64,000 nt of DNA, from contig NC_045697.1 in assembly GCF_009834535.1 (NCBI RefSeq), forward strand, positions 94,614,001 to 94,678,000. The letters are read 5' to 3'. Under the pieces are notes generated by a model. It was not told the origin of the DNA, did no database searches, and saw only the letters and a program-made list of their open reading frames with translations. Both the position numbers and the translations under genes were made by a program. Shown here piece by piece: positions 1-14,212 of this stretch (positions are counted from its first letter, which is position 1; each line of letters opens with the position of its first letter). This stretch comes from Camelus ferus (lineage: Eukaryota).

Positions 1-287
1 TCATCTAATGCTTTCTCTTTTATAAGACAATCTGTAGTGCTCTACAGTTTCCAGAGAGAGGGCTGTATTGAACTTTTAGGCCATCTGAAATCATACAGTG
101 CTTTTTATATGTGAGAAGCCATTTCCTAATCTCTTACTAGAGGAGAAACATCTTACCAGCCTTTTCCCAAAATTTAGATTACACAATTACATATAAAATA
201 AATATGTATATACTTCTATAGTATTACAGCTTTTCTTTCTACTCTGGGATTTTAAAATTTCACACCACATGTGGATTTTCTCCCATT

Positions 288-767
288 TTGTTAATGTAAT
301 TGACATAAAGCTATATGCAAATTTAAGGTGTACAATGTGCTGATTTAATACACTTTTCTATTACAAAATAGTTACTAGCAGCATTAGCTAATATCTGCTT
401 CACCTCACCTAATTACTATTTCATTTTTGTGGTGACAACTTACAAGATGTATTTTCATAGCAACTTTGAAGTGTATAATACAATGTTGTGAGTCATAACC
501 GCCTTGCTGTATATTGACAGAATTTGTCCATCATATAACTAGAAGTTTATACTCTTTGATCAACATCTGCCCTTGCCCCCAACCCCCATGCTCCTGGTAA
601 TGACCATTCTACTCTCTGTTTCTGTGAGTTTGGTTTTTTGAGATTCCACATATGAGTGATATCCTGTAGTATTTATGTTTCTCTGTTTTACTTACTTCAC
701 TTAGTATAATGCCCCAAGGTCTATCCATGTTGTTGCAAATGGCAGGATGTCTCCTTCTTTAGCATGG

Positions 768-812
<45 letters not shown>

Positions 813-1365
813 TGTGTGTTTATCACATTTTCTTTATCTATTCATCCATTGAAAGACACTTAGGTTGTTTCCGTATCTTGGCTATTGTGAATAATGCTAC
901 CTTGAACATAAGAGTGTAGATATCTCTTTGATCTGTCCTCATTTCCTTTGGATATATATCCAGAAGTAGAATTGCTGAATCATATGGTAATTCTATTTTT
1001 AATTTTTTGAGGGTCCTCCATACTGTTTTCCATAGTAGCTGCACAAATTTACATTCATACCAACATTTACAAAAATTTCCTTTTCTCCACATCTTCACTG
1101 ATACTTATCTCCTGTGTTTTTGATGATAGCGAACCTAACATGGGTGACGTGCTAGCTTATTGTGGCTTTGATTTGCATTTCCCTGGTGAATAATGATGAC
1201 GAGCACCTCTTCCTGCACCTGTTGGCCATTTATATGTCTGCTTTGGAAAAATGTCTTTTTGGGTCTTCTACTCATTTTTCAATTGGATTTTTTGTTTTTT
1301 GGCTATTGAGCTGTATGAGTTCTTTATTTATTTTGGATATTAATCCCTTATAAGATCTGTGATTT
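288..1365 (-). mobile_element. L1 3' fragment (ORF2 C-terminal remnant + 3'UTR), older L1MA-type
   Basis: Minus-strand ORF 838-1098 gives typical L1 ORF2 C-terminal motifs ([22 protein letters not shown]...ALFTIAKIRKQPKC). 288-760 resembles an L1MA 3'UTR. Confidence 0.9.
770..818. repeat. (TG)n microsatellite inside L1
   Basis: Directly visible TG run. Confidence 0.97.
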
Positions 1366-3179
1366 TCAGCTCTGTAATAGTATTCATGAGAAAATTAAAC
1401 CTTAGATACAGCATGTGATTCTAAACTTGAAAATTAGTATATCTTTTATTGTATAAGCCAACTAAATTTAAACTTCTATTTTTCTATTCAATGGCACTTA
1501 AGATTGTAACAAAAATACATTCTTTCAGGTACAAAATAATGTATTCCTTTGAGTAGTCCTTAAGCTTTAAATTTTAATGTGTTATTTACCCTTGATTTAA
1601 ATTTCAACTCACTTTCTGAGTCTAATGAGATGCATACAAAAGGCACCATCAATTTATATTAGAAATTCCCTAAATCCCTTTACACTGATTCCCAAAATAA
1701 GTAAAATCAGCCTCCCAGAGACAAAATGCTAATATTTATTGATGGCTACTGTCAGGAAATTAGAAAACAATGCATTCTAATTTTCATTTTAAAAATCACG
1801 GAAAGTAAAATGATGAGCATGCTGGTGTTATATTATTATATTATGCTAAAAAATTCCAAGAATATATTATTGGAACATTTTGTAAACACCAATCATTTTC
1901 AAACCAAATGCAGAAAAAGAATAACAAATTATCTGTAGAGAAAAATTATCTTAATATTTTCTTTTCCTAAGCTTCATATTTATTTAATACATAAGTAACA
2001 ATCAGAATGTGTGGTAGGTAGTTCCTAAACAGAGATATTATTTAACATATTTTCCATAATTATTACTAAAAATATTTTACTATCACCCTTTTTTATACTT
2101 GTATACATTGTTAAATATCTGTGCATATATTCATTTTTGAAGATTTTATTTTTCACTTTTGCTAGCTTATTCTATTAGGTTTATTCAAAACATAATTTTT
2201 GGTCATTGAAATTTTATTAAAAATACTTTTTCACTGGTGATCATATAAAATAATTTTCAATTTCCAGGAAGTATTTACCCTTATAAATTAAAATATATTT
2301 ACTTACCAATTGATTTTTATGAGTAAAAGTGGAAAGCTGTGAATGAAACAACAGATGAATTTATTCTTAAAGTAACTCTGGTTTGATTTCTTAGTGAATT
2401 TTGAGGAAATGACTGAAGGGCATAATCTTTCTTTTAATATTTTATAAGATATTTGAATCGATTCTGACATTTTTTGTGCTGTTTCTCTTCCAAGTGTGAT
2501 TTGTTGCTTGTCTCAAAGAAATGTAATCACTTGGGTTGAAAATGATTTGATTTGAATAGAATTCGTTAATGATTTAAATGCAAGTATCCTTTCACTGAAA
2601 CAAAATTTAAATAAAAATTAGAGAAATATGGCTTGGGGGATAATTACTGCCATATGAATGAAACTGAATAAAGAATGAGAGAAGGAATCTCTTTGTCAGT
2701 CTAACTCATAATTTTAGTACTGTATATTAGCATTCATTAGACTTAAGTTGCTAAATAATCAGCGATGAATTGAAAGGATTTGTATTTTGTAAAATAATAT
2801 CATTAAGTGACAACACACAATAAACACATAAAATGAATAGCTAAATTCCAGAAAATATGTTAGTGTTTTTTTTGGGGTTCAGATATTAGAAAATTGAAAA
2901 ATGCCTCTTCATAACTTTCTGCTTGTTTGTTTGAATAGAGTAGTGAAATGGTTTCCATCAAATAGGTAAATTGAAATGAGATATTTAATTTGGAGAACTG
3001 AAATAACAACAATATAGCAGAGCACTAATAGGGAAAAAAAAAAACCCACTGAAAGTCATTTAAATGACATCTGGAATCTGTAAGTTAAAACAGAATATAA
3101 ATCTGATTTCTATAGTTTAAATTATAAAAAACTACTAATAATTATAAACAATATGAATTAATACAAACAGTGCTTGTCA

Positions 3180-3550
3180 CTAAGTCTGGGTCTGGGTTAT
3201 ATGATGGTAATCAATGATACCAGAATGTTCGTAATGTTAAACAAGTAATTTCTCAACCAATCTACATGTCTGTCACAAATTTTCAGATCTTCAGGGGATT
3301 TCTGCTTATCATAACCACTCAGGACTCAAGGCTGATCCCGAAAGGGCTCCTGTGTTTGCCAGTTCCTGTACCAGGGGAAAGTAGAATGGAAAGATCTCAC
3401 GCTTGCAAATAAATGTTTGACTTATACGTAACAAACAACCAGAACTAATTTCATCCCATCCCACCCATCTAGAGAGTAGCCAGAATGTATAAAGCTACTA
3501 AGTGTCCTTGAGCTTCAGAGCTGAAGTATTCCTTGAATCAGTACTAGCTA
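3180..3550 (-). mobile_element. Degraded MaLR LTR (MLT1J/K-like)
   Basis: Motifs such as ccactcaggactcaaggctgat resemble old MLT1 consensus; highly diverged. Confidence 0.45.
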
Positions 3551-3869
3551 CCACCATAACATGCTCCAAACTAGGTAGTCTTCAACACCAACCCATTCCT
3601 ACATTATAATGTCATGTTAATACAAGTAAGTGGATATGCAATTCAGCACTCTTGAAATTATCCACTAGGTCAACTGGACCATACCAGACAGATACTGGGT
3701 AGGAATCTGGTTGCAGAATTTAAAAACAGACCCAAGAAAAGGGTTCGGGTAAATGTACACATTTGTAATATAGGTATAAGTAACTGAGAATTACTTAGAA
3801 TACTGCTGTTTTACCAGTCCTTTCTAAACAGTTGATTTCAATACATAAGAATCCATTAAAAAAAAAGTC

Positions 3870-4255
3870 ATATGCTTGTTTTCCTGGGTGAACTGAACTG
3901 GGAATGCAGCAACTGTGGCAGTGTATGGCTTATATGTCCTTTTTTAGAATATGTCACAGAATTAACTTCTGAGGAATGATCAAGGGGAAATTAACTCAAC
4001 AATCTGCTTATCCTCCATTGGTTAACAGTTGCCAGGGATGTGTTAATGCCATGCACTTTTAGGTTTGCCCTCCCATGGGTGCTGAAGCAGGTTCCCAAAG
4101 TCTGTCTATGAGAGAAGCCCTGGGCAGAAAGTCAAACATAAAACAGTATTTTTGAAGGGATCTCCAATTAAATTACAAATGTCCCAAGCTGATATTCTCA
4201 AAAGTTATTCATATAGAAGGTGATCTAAGATGATTTGAGGCATGTCACATGATGT
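3870..4255. mobile_element. Degraded old ERVL/MaLR LTR fragment
   Basis: ccattggttaacagttgcc...gagagaagccctgggcagaaag resembles old LTR consensus text; subfamily not determined. Confidence 0.35.
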
Positions 4256-5076
4256 GGCTGGTTAAGGACCATTATTACTGTTAGATTTGTATGCCAGACA
4301 TTCTGCTCCCTCACTATTCCTTCAGTTTTTCTAATATGAGTTTCTTCCAGTATATGTTTTAAAACGAGACACCATACCACATTTATTTAGAACTGTCCAT
4401 TTAAATATTGCTTCTCTTTTTTTATATTCCCACTTCCTAAACCTATTTTCTGCCTTTGCTTTCATTAATGCTCTTCTTGGAACTTCTGGATACTATCTCC
4501 CCATTAGATGCTGCTTTTTCAGTGCGAGTAAGGAGGTTGAGGTAGAACAAGCTGGACTTTCCTTGCCTTCTGTCTTTATTCTCCGCAATACTAACAGGCA
4601 ATTGCATCAAACTTAACTGAGTGATTGGGGATAATTAAAACAAAACAAAACAACAAGAAAAAACAATTGCAATATAGGAGTGGAATTTTTATAGCTGTGT
4701 GCTAAGTATAACATTTTTCAAATCTTGGGGAAAAAATCACCCAGATACTTTAATAGTTTGCCATTGCCAGGTTACCACACTCTTCTTACCCTAGGTCTCT
4801 CTTTCCCAAACTCTACTTATTCTAATCACTGTCTTTCAAATTTTCACCTACCAGTGGTGATACTGATGTTGCCCCAATATCTGATCTTCTAATATATATA
4901 ATTTTCATATATGCAATACACAAATATACTTAATTAGCACATTACCCTAAATTTGACACATACAGCTTTGAATACTATCCCAGAAACCTTCAGTGATGGA
5001 CACTGACACACCATATATATGTAGTAGGCATAGGACCTCCGAGTCTGAGGTCCTTGAAGATCCTTGTAACTATGAG

Positions 5077-5078
<2 letters not shown>

Positions 5079-5110
<32 letters not shown>
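5079..5110. repeat. (CA)n microsatellite
   Basis: Directly visible; source of the VCVCVC run in the ORF track. Confidence 0.97.
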
Positions 5111-5114
<4 letters not shown>

Positions 5115-5679
5115 AAGCTCTGGAGCTTCCGTTGGATAATCAAAATTCATAAAAGATTAATATTTTCCTACCTGACTGATAATTTATAGGGTTCTTCTTT
5201 GTTGATAAGTTCTTTTTCAATTATTAATTTAGTTTCTTTTTTTTCTTTCCTTCATTACATGTTTTCAAATCATGCACCAGTTGGTCTGCTCTAAAGGATG
5301 TAGAGGACTATCGTGAAAGTAAAAGTAATAATTTCTACTTAGCCATATTAAGACTTGGCCAAAGACTAAATCTTACTTCCGTTAAGCATTTTAACAAATT
5401 CTTTGCTGAGTTTCCTTATCCTGCTCAACTTATGAAAAGGAAGGATATTTTCTGGTTATATCATATTTTTTCACTTAAATACTTTAATAATTGTTCTATA
5501 TATTGTTGCACTTAGAATGCATACAAGCTCCACATGGTAAGCTAAATGCCCTACATTGTAATGCCTATTCACATTTGCAGCACCATCTGGTAGCAGGCTG
5601 CCCTAACTCAACGCTCATCCAGTCTAATGAAATTTCTGAGTCTTAAACTCTGGCTTGTGTGACCCCTGGGTGTTTAAAA

Positions 5680-6000
5680 GTGCTTACCCTCCTGCCTGCA
5701 AGGTTTTTGTACCAGATTTTTGCATGTTTTCTCCCTAGAGAAGCATTAGCTTTAATGTTGCCCCTCAGGGAGCCCTACCCTAGACACTAAGCAAAAGCAC
5801 TGATTCCCCACTCCCCTTCCCCAGTATCAGTACTCTCTTATTTCCTTCATGCTACTTTACTACTATCTAACATATTATTATTACTATTATTCAATGGTTT
5901 GATTTAAATCATCTCTCTCCTGCTGCTACAGTGTAATTTCCTTTAGCACAAATGTTGCCTCCTTCTTGTCTGGCATGGAATAAATATTTATTAAATAATA
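5680..6000 (+). mobile_element. L2 3' fragment
   Basis: Pyrimidine-rich body ending in ...ggaataaatatttattaaataataa, typical of an L2 3' end. Confidence 0.55.
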
Positions 6001-7063
6001 AATATTGTCATTACTATAATTACTGGTACTTTACATAAAATAGTTACGGAATTTTAGTATTCAAATAAAACTTCCATTTAATAGAAATAGTAATATAATT
6101 TATAGTTAGATGAGTGTAAGCATATAATAATTTAAAGCATAGAATATATTTAAAGAGTTAGAATTTAGTTGATCAGATATTACAGTAATTATCAACCATA
6201 TCTTTTCCTTGAAACAACTTACACGTAAATATTGTACACTACATTGTTTATTCTGCTGACATTAGTTTTTGGTCCTTATCAGGGCTCAAGGAGAGGTCTC
6301 TTGAAGGATGTGGTTTATTTGTGATACATTGTGATTCTTTTTAAATATGGTATTTTTAGGATTGCAAAAATTACCCTTTATTTTTGTAGAAAAAAAATAT
6401 GGATTAGGAACCTTACGAGACCTCTCTTGCAAAAGCAATAGGAAATTCTAAATCTCTCAGGATTTGAACTACATGATTACAAGTTTCCCTTTCTCTCAAA
6501 ATTATTTGCACATAAGGAACTATTATTTGCTATCCAGCATGTGACATAACTAACTGTAATATTGCCAAATAACAAGTGTCCCTCTCCCTTAGGGAAATGC
6601 AACCTTGAATCATAAAGTAGAAAAGGCAAGGTAATTTGGGGTCTCTAAATTTTTATAAAAATTGCAGCATTGATGCATTTGCTTTACCTTTCCTGTTCAC
6701 AGTTTCCCTTTTCTGTTTCTCGTGGTGGTTTACTCTGAAATCTTCACTTTTCCCTGTTCACCTTGATGATCAACATCACTCATTTTGCACATCACAGATT
6801 AGGTATACAAATGATAATTTTTTTTGGCTGACTTGAAATGATTTCCTTCTGTGACTTCTAAGTGGCTTAATCTCAGCCACTTTTATTGTTGGCCTTTGTT
6901 AATTCTAAGTATTAAAGACATAATATTAATTTTAGTTCTGGCAGAGTCTTTAGCTCATAATCTTCAGCTGTGTGTTGGGGGTAAGGGGAGAATAGATTTC
7001 AAATAACTACTAAGGATATGCAACCTTCAGCATAACCTAGTTTTAGAGCTTTGCAGTCAATCT

Positions 7064-7410
7064 TTTCTTAGTCCATGGGGGCTGCTATAACAATACTATA
7101 AACTGGATGGCTTAATAATGACAAATATTTATTTCTCACAATTCAGGAGGTTAGGTAACCTAAATCAAGGTCCAGATAGATTCAGTGTCTGATAAGAGTG
7201 CATTTCTTAAATGACCATGTTTTCACTGCAAATTCACAGGGTGGAAGGATTTAGGGAACTCTGTGTGGTCTCTTTTATAAGAATAAGAATCCCATTCATG
7301 AGGGCTCCGCCCTCATGATCTAAGCTCCTCCCAAAGTCCCCATCTCCTAATACCATTCCCTTGGGCATTAGAATTTCAACATACGAATTTGAGGGGGAAC
7401 ACAAACTACA
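7064..7410 (-). mobile_element. MaLR solo LTR (MLT1A-like)
   Basis: tcttagtcc..gggctgctataacaatactataaactggatggctta...cccattcatgagggctccgccctcatgatctaa...atttcaacatacgaattt matches the MLT1A pattern. Confidence 0.88.
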
Positions 7411-8222
7411 GGAATTCCTATGTGCATCACCAGTACCAGACTACTTATTTGTTTTTTGTGTCTGTATAACTGCCTTTTTCCCATGAATTCTTCTTTTTTA
7501 TTTTAATCCTGGCTTCCTAGGTGCCACCTTAGTTGTCAGCAGAGCACAGCTGTCCATCAATGGTTGGTCTGAGAGTGTTCTTCAATACCTTGAGCCAATA
7601 AGGTTCCCACTCTACACTAATGGGTCTCTGTGAAGATTGGGTGACCCATTCAATGCTTAGACAGTTTAAAAGTCTATTTCAGATTTTTCTTTCTCCTGGG
7701 CCTTCTTTGTTTCTCCTCTGTATGTACACAAGGCACAATAATATGCAATGAATACAGTATTTAAAAAATTAAATAAAGAACTGAAGCATAATCTTCAATA
7801 TAATGTTAGGTATTCATATATGACTATCTTCTTTAAAATGAACCACATAATTACTAATGCAAATGTTCCAATTCTAACTTCAGTTCTACTAAATAATTTT
7901 TTTGAAAAGCCAGTATGTAAATTAAGATGTATTTCCAACCTAGTAGGTTTCAAAATAATAGAGAATTATCATTCTTCTTTGTTAATTTTCTTTGTTCTAT
8001 CAAATCTCATTTAATATGACCATGCTGCTATTCTACTGGATTCATTCCATGTGTTTAATAAACAGCTTATTTTAATGTAGAACTGTTTTTCTAAAAATAA
8101 AGCAGTGCATTTATTTTGATAACTGTCTTTGTCAGAAACTTTATAATGAAAAAATATGAATATTATTGATGAAGTGAAAATGAAATTTATGAGGTTGAAG
8201 TCAAATCAAAATGGAAGGAAAC

Positions 8223-8745
8223 TGTGATGGTTCATTTTATGTGTCAGCTTATCTGGATTGGTAATCAGGTATTTGGTCAAACACTAGTCTAGATGTTTCT
8301 ATAAAGGTACCTTTTATATGTGATTAACATGTACAATCAGTTGACTTACATAAAGCAGATTATCCTCCATAATGTGGATGGACTTTATACAATCAGTTGA
8401 AGACTTAAGAACAAAGAATGACGTTTCTCAAAGAAGGAATTCTGCCTTCGGACTGCAGCATAGAAAGAAAACCTACATTTTCAGTTTTATACTCAAGACT
8501 GCACACACTTACCTGAATCTCTACCCTGTTAGCTTGCTGTATGAATTTTAGACTTACTAGCCTCCAAAACTGCATGAGCCAATTTCTTACCACAAATTTC
8601 ATATATGTATAAAACGTGTGCAGACATAATATTAACATATGTATGTTATTAATATCAAATATAATAATTGCATGTAATATGTAATATTAATATACATACA
8701 TATTAGAGCTTCTATTGGTTCTCCTTCTCTGAAGAACCCCAGAAA
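8223..8745 (+). mobile_element. ERVL solo LTR (MLT2-like)
   Basis: Starts tgtgatggttcattttatgtgtcagctt, contains aagcagattatcctccataatgtgg, and ends ctattggttct..tctctgaagaaccc after the usual TA-rich tract. Confidence 0.88.
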
Positions 8746-9854
8746 TGAAAAAGGAAATGTTCATTATTAAACATTGTTAAATAATTCAGCTAAATTTCAG
8801 GGATGCCTTAGTGTAAAATCACAAATGAAATCATAATAATATCTTTTATCTTTTGCCAAGCTGTTTTATATATTTAATAGTAAGTCAACAGAATTTCACA
8901 CTGATTTTGGAGACCAACACATTTCTTCCCTCAGCCTTCTTGTGAAACATATATCACTCTCAAAAACTCCAAAAGGAACACTTGATATTTAAGCATTTGA
9001 GTTTTATTACTTTGGTAATAAGCAAGAATAAGTTATGCAAAAAACGGTATTTTCCACATGCTCAGATAGTGCCAAAGCAAGAGCTTTTGAGTAAATTTCT
9101 CTGAGGGAGGCCATTGTGTGAAGGGAGCAGCAGCAGGCCTAACAATATGTAGCTTCACCAACTGTGAGATACAAGAGTCTGAATGGAGAATTCAGGATAG
9201 AAACACCACCTTCTCAAGGTGGGTAACCACCAAATGGCAGCATGACAATGGGTTTCACCTGCCTGTGAAAATAGAATTAAAGAAAGAATGGAAGGAACAT
9301 CCAGAGGTAGAAATAGCATCCAAGCTGATCCATACTTCTCTATCTCATAGTACAGGGATAGTCCAAAGACAAGAAATAAAAGGAAAATAAAGAGTGTGTG
9401 GGCCAACTCTCCTCTGCATATGCAACAAATAGGCTCACTTCTGTCCAGGCTCATTTGAAGAAATAGCAAATCTCAAAAAACAAATTCCAAATTGAAAAAC
9501 AGACCACAGTGCAAAAGCTATGGTACAGTGAAGGACTTTGTTCTTGATTAAATGTACCATAAGGGATTGGAGAAAAGTAGGAAAAACCTTGAGATTCCTC
9601 AGAAGGCTCTCAAAGAAAAATCAAACATCTGAATCTACAAGCCACATGTTTATAAAATGTTTATCAATCTGTAAACACACAATAACACACAAATCAGAAC
9701 ATTTGCTTAGTTTCTTGCTACTGACCTCAGTTTTTAATGCTGTGCTACATATCATTATTTGAAAGCCAGTGTATTTCAGAAGAATAATACGTGGCAACAT
9801 TTCTCACAATGTAGTCTAAGATTCTCTATCATAATAATAGATGGTCTGTGGTAA

Positions 9855-9930
9855 AAGAAGAAAAAGAAGGAGGAAATGGGGAACAGAAGGGAGAGGAGGA
9901 AGAGAAGGGGGAGGAGGAGAGGGGAAGGGG
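9855..9930. repeat. Purine-rich (GA) low-complexity tract
   Basis: Directly visible G/A run. Confidence 0.85.
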
Positions 9931-10339
9931 CTATTCCTGTTCTAAAATATATTCTTAAACTATACGCAATGATGAAGGTGATATTCAGTCATCTATCCAA
10001 CAAATATGTGCCATTTACAATGTGACAGCATTGTTTTGGACTCTGGAGAATTTACAACAGTGAAAAACAATTATTTCCATCTCTGTACAAATATGCTTCT
10101 CCCCCATCACAAAGAGATCTTTATGTCCACTACCCATGATTGACCTTGTGACTTTTGAGACAATAAAACCAACAGAATAAAGTCAAACCGGTGCTATGTG
10201 GTTCCAGACTGAGGCAGTTTATTACTTTTGCTCTTGGAAACCAGCTGCCATTTAAAAGAACCCATTCCTCTGTTGGAGAAATAGGCCAGATGGATACAGA
10301 GAGACTTTGGAAAATAAGAGACAACAGGGGAACCATGAA

Positions 10340-10415
10340 TAAGACTGAAACATTCTGCTGTACACCAGAGATTGACACAACAATGTAAACTGACTATACT
10401 TCAATTAAAAAAAAT
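10340..10415 (+). mobile_element. Very short L1 3' terminus
   Basis: ctgaaacattctgctgtacaccagagattgacacaacaatgtaaactgactatacttcaatt followed by an A-tract; same terminus as 58260-58320. Confidence 0.85.
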
Positions 10416-10732
10416 GAAATAAATGTCCTGAAAAACGGCCTGAAAAATGTCCTATTGTGCAAACACAATAGGAAAACCACCAAAAGATAATAAATAGCAT
10501 ATAAAAGGCAGATGCAAAATTCAGGCTGGAAGAGAACATTTTCCAAGGGATTGAAATTGATTTCCTATTTTTCTTTTGAAGAGTTTTGTACTAATAATTC
10601 TATCATACCTAAGCTCAAAAAGGAGGTGATAAAACAATAAAATGAGATAATAAAGAAGTTGAACTAGAGAATCAGATTGAGAACAATCTACTGTATCATT
10701 GCTTACTTTCTACATAAATTTGATAAATGACA

Positions 10733-10990
10733 ATAATATCTAATATTTATTGAGTCATTACTATATGCCAGGAACTTATAATCACATTGCTTGTGTTATC
10801 TCTTTTTGTACTAACAAAAACTCTGAGGTAGAAAATACTAGTTCCTCCATTTTAAAAATAATAAAACTTCAGACACAGATTGGCTAAGCAGCTTGCCTAA
10901 ACCTAGGATCACAGGTTTCGTACACTGCAAAGCTAGGATGAGGACACTTGCTGGGTCTTTCCAGAACCCATGCTTAACTAAATGCCACCC
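10733..10990 (-). mobile_element. MIR SINE
   Basis: aatatttattgag..actatatgccagg and core ccatttta...aaacttcagacacaga..gctaagcagcttgcctaa. Confidence 0.75.
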
Positions 10991-13509
10991 TGCTACCCTG
11001 TCTTGAAAGAATAAAATCAATTTAATGTCATGGAGGAATACAGAGGGAAAAAACCCCAAATTATTAAAGTAAGTTGAGAAAAAAAGTATAGATAAGGAGA
11101 ACAGACATATTGCTTCAACATAAAGATAATGAGTGAGTAGTGGTTAAAAAAATCAATAAATGGAATAGAAATTCAAATGCGTAAGAACAACCTTTCTATA
11201 AAGTGAAAGAATTTTTTAAATTAAATTTAATTTTTTAAATTAAAATTATAAGGGAAAAATTTCATACAAAATTACTAGCATCAAGGCACATCTGTATTAC
11301 TTGATTCAACTACAGGGATAATTTTTCAAGGAGCCCAGAAGATGGGGAGAAAAAAAAGCATATGGAGACAAACATCAGAATCTGAGGATGTATGCAAACT
11401 GGCCATGGGATACTATAAGGAAACATAGAACAAGAATAAGGAAAAGATCCAGAGAGTTAAAATCAGATAATTTATCCTAATGTAAAGATAAAATGCAAAA
11501 ATTTTCAAATAGCAATGAATCATCCTCTGTGAGAATTTTTTAAAAAACTAAATGATTAAGACTAAAAACAATTAATTGAAATAATGACTAAGTTATAGAG
11601 GATATGGTAAAACGACTGGTTTGGAAAAATGAGTTTGTTTATTATAAACACGTGACATAAAATAACAACTACAATTTCTTGATGGTTTTTAATCTTTTTT
11701 TACTGTACTTAAAATGATCTTTTAGTCACTAATATATTGTGCTGAAGGAATTGTTATTGGAAATAATTTCTTCCATTTCAGATGATTGTTTCTCCTCCTA
11801 AATTAAAGTAAAATTAAATAGAAGTATTTGTCTTTAAATAATACAACTTAATTCTTATAAAGCTATGTGGACCCTTTATGCAAAATATATGTGTGTATGT
11901 ATTTACTTATCAATGCATGGATGTCTGTAAGCATGTTAACTAAATCTTAACATTCTTACTAAGTGGTGGGCTGTGTTCTCTGTTTTTGTTGCTTGAATTT
12001 CCTACTAACAGGCATAAAATAGCACAGCAAACATACCTATAACATTAATGCATAAAATAATGTCAACTGAATACACACATATGTAAAGTGTGTATTAAAT
12101 AACTCCTTCACATATTGTGCATTGCTTAATTTTGGAATATGCTTAAATTGATTTTTTAATATTTATTTTACATTAAGCACCTACACTGCAGAAAATCATT
12201 CATGATGGACCTGTGGCTGAAAGACATCAATTTTTTTAAAAAGAAATAAGAAAGGAGAGTTGTGTGATCCTCCAAGAGTCTCAGAAATATTCAAGTAAGA
12301 TGCAAGAATAAGTTGTATTTTAATTTTTAAAAATAATATTTAATTTCTTAGTGGTTGATATTGTTCCAAATAGTGATGAATTTTCCTAACCAAATGGCCA
12401 TAACTGTTTGACATGCAACTCAAACTAGAAATTCTCCCTCTAGGAACTGGGATTTGAAACTGTTAATCAGAGAAGCTGGGAGTGTGGGGGCTGATTTTGA
12501 GAATCAGCAGCGTTTCCATAGAGAAAATCCAAAAATTCCTACTGTTGAGGTTCTTGTCTGGAGCTCTGCTCATCTGTTCCTCAAATTCTGTAATTTACTA
12601 CAGTATCCTTCCACTCCTTTCTCTTGTTTGGCTTAAGCTAAAAAGAATGGTTTCTATCACTTTCTTCAGAAAGAACCTAAATTATTGTATTGGGAGTTTC
12701 ATGTAGCATTGCAAATAATATAAACTTTAATAGACCAGATACTGCACTTGGTAGGAGGATTCACTTCTACAATATCAGCCTTAATATTCAGGAGATAAAT
12801 AGTCAAATTGTTTTAAGAGTATCACTTTATAAATAAATTATGCTTATTTAAAATTGTTGACTGCAGAACATACAGAAAAATAGAAAACATTTTTAAAGCA
12901 GATGTAACTAAGGAAAAGTCGTGTTACTGATAAAATTACATTGAAAGAAGCCATTGAGCAGTCTGTATTTCACACTAGGAATTTCTGCCTGGTTTATCGC
13001 CTACAATCTTTACAGATTAGTCTAATCCAATTTTGTTTCTCAGTAGATATATTAAGCAGGTGGTATCACTTTTACAGAAGGAAGTCCTTCCCTTTCTTGG
13101 TTAAGTGATTCCAAAGGTGGATTTGCTCTAGTTATTCTGTATATGTTCTTAAACTAAAATACTTAATTTTACATTTCTTAATTCCCTCATTCCCAGTTGC
13201 AATTGCATGCCCTCTTATTTGTTTAGGCTCTTTTAAAAATCAGTATTACTAATTGTATTTTTTAAAAAATCTGAAAATTAGGAAACATAAGAGGAAGTGT
13301 GGGTTAGAGGATTGGATTTATTGTGCTTTTTAATATACTGAATAATGCATCGATCTGTTTCATCTTTACCCTGGATAAAAGTGTTGTGAAGAATATTTTT
13401 TTAGAAAAGTAATGAGATTTCACAGATATAACCATAAACTTTGTGCCTATATGAATAAATACTTTTTCAAATTTTTATTTCACTTGCAATAAGTAGCAGA
13501 ACGAACTTT

Positions 13510-14034
13510 AAATTTTTTTATTTTTAATGTACAATTTTAAAAGTTTAAGTTTAATTTTTTTATACTCAGTTTACAACGTTGTGTCAATTTCTGGTGTACA
13601 GCATAATGTTTCAGTCATACATATGCATACATATGTTCATTTTCATATTCTTTTTCATTATAGGTTACTAAAATATATTGAATATAGTGCTATACAGTAT
13701 AAACTGCTATACAGTATAAACTTGTTGTTTATCTATTTTATATATAGTAGTTAGTATCTGCAAATCTCAAACTCCTGAATTATCCCTTCCCACCCCTTTC
13801 CCCTACTGGTAACCATAAGTTTATTTTCTGTCTGTGAGACTGTTTCTGTTTTGTGACAAAAGTTCATTTGTGGGTTTTTTGTTTTTTGTCTTTTTTTTAG
13901 ATTTCACATATTAATGATGTCATATGGTATTTTTCTTTTTCTGGCTTATTTCTGTTAGAATAACAATTTCCAGGTCCATCCTTGTTGCAGCAAATGGCAT
14001 TATTTTATTTTTTTAAGGCTAAGTATTATTCCAT

Positions 14035-14102
<68 letters not shown>

Positions 14103-14212
14103 CACATATACATAATTTCTCTATCCAGTCATCTGTCAATGGAGATTTCTCTATCCAGTCATCTGTCAATGGAGATTTAGGTTGTTTCCATGTTTGGCTA
14201 TTGTAAATAGTG
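13510..14212 (-). mobile_element. 5'-truncated lineage-specific L1 with 15-bp TSD
   Basis: L1 3'UTR and ORF2 end (WKQPKSPLTDDWI). Flanked by agcagaacgaacttt (13495-13509) and agcagaaggaagttt (14213-14227). Confidence 0.92.
14035..14112. repeat. (TA)n(CA)n(TA)n compound microsatellite
   Basis: Directly visible. Confidence 0.95.

Noticed and set aside
838..1353. ORFs of 86 and 63 aa
   Set aside because: L1 ORF2 remnant and its antisense reading, not host genes. The same applies to ORFs at 14026, 22106, 22530, 30368, 41779, 42697 and 61539.
5032..5129. Small stems aggacctc/gaggtcct and gaagctc/gagcttc flanking a (CA)n tract
   Set aside because: Stems of 7-8 bp are expected by chance in 64 kb; no other support.
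9118..9469. Overlapping 90-aa and 104-aa ORFs on opposite strands
   Set aside because: Non-ATG starts, no recognisable domain and no convincing splice signals.
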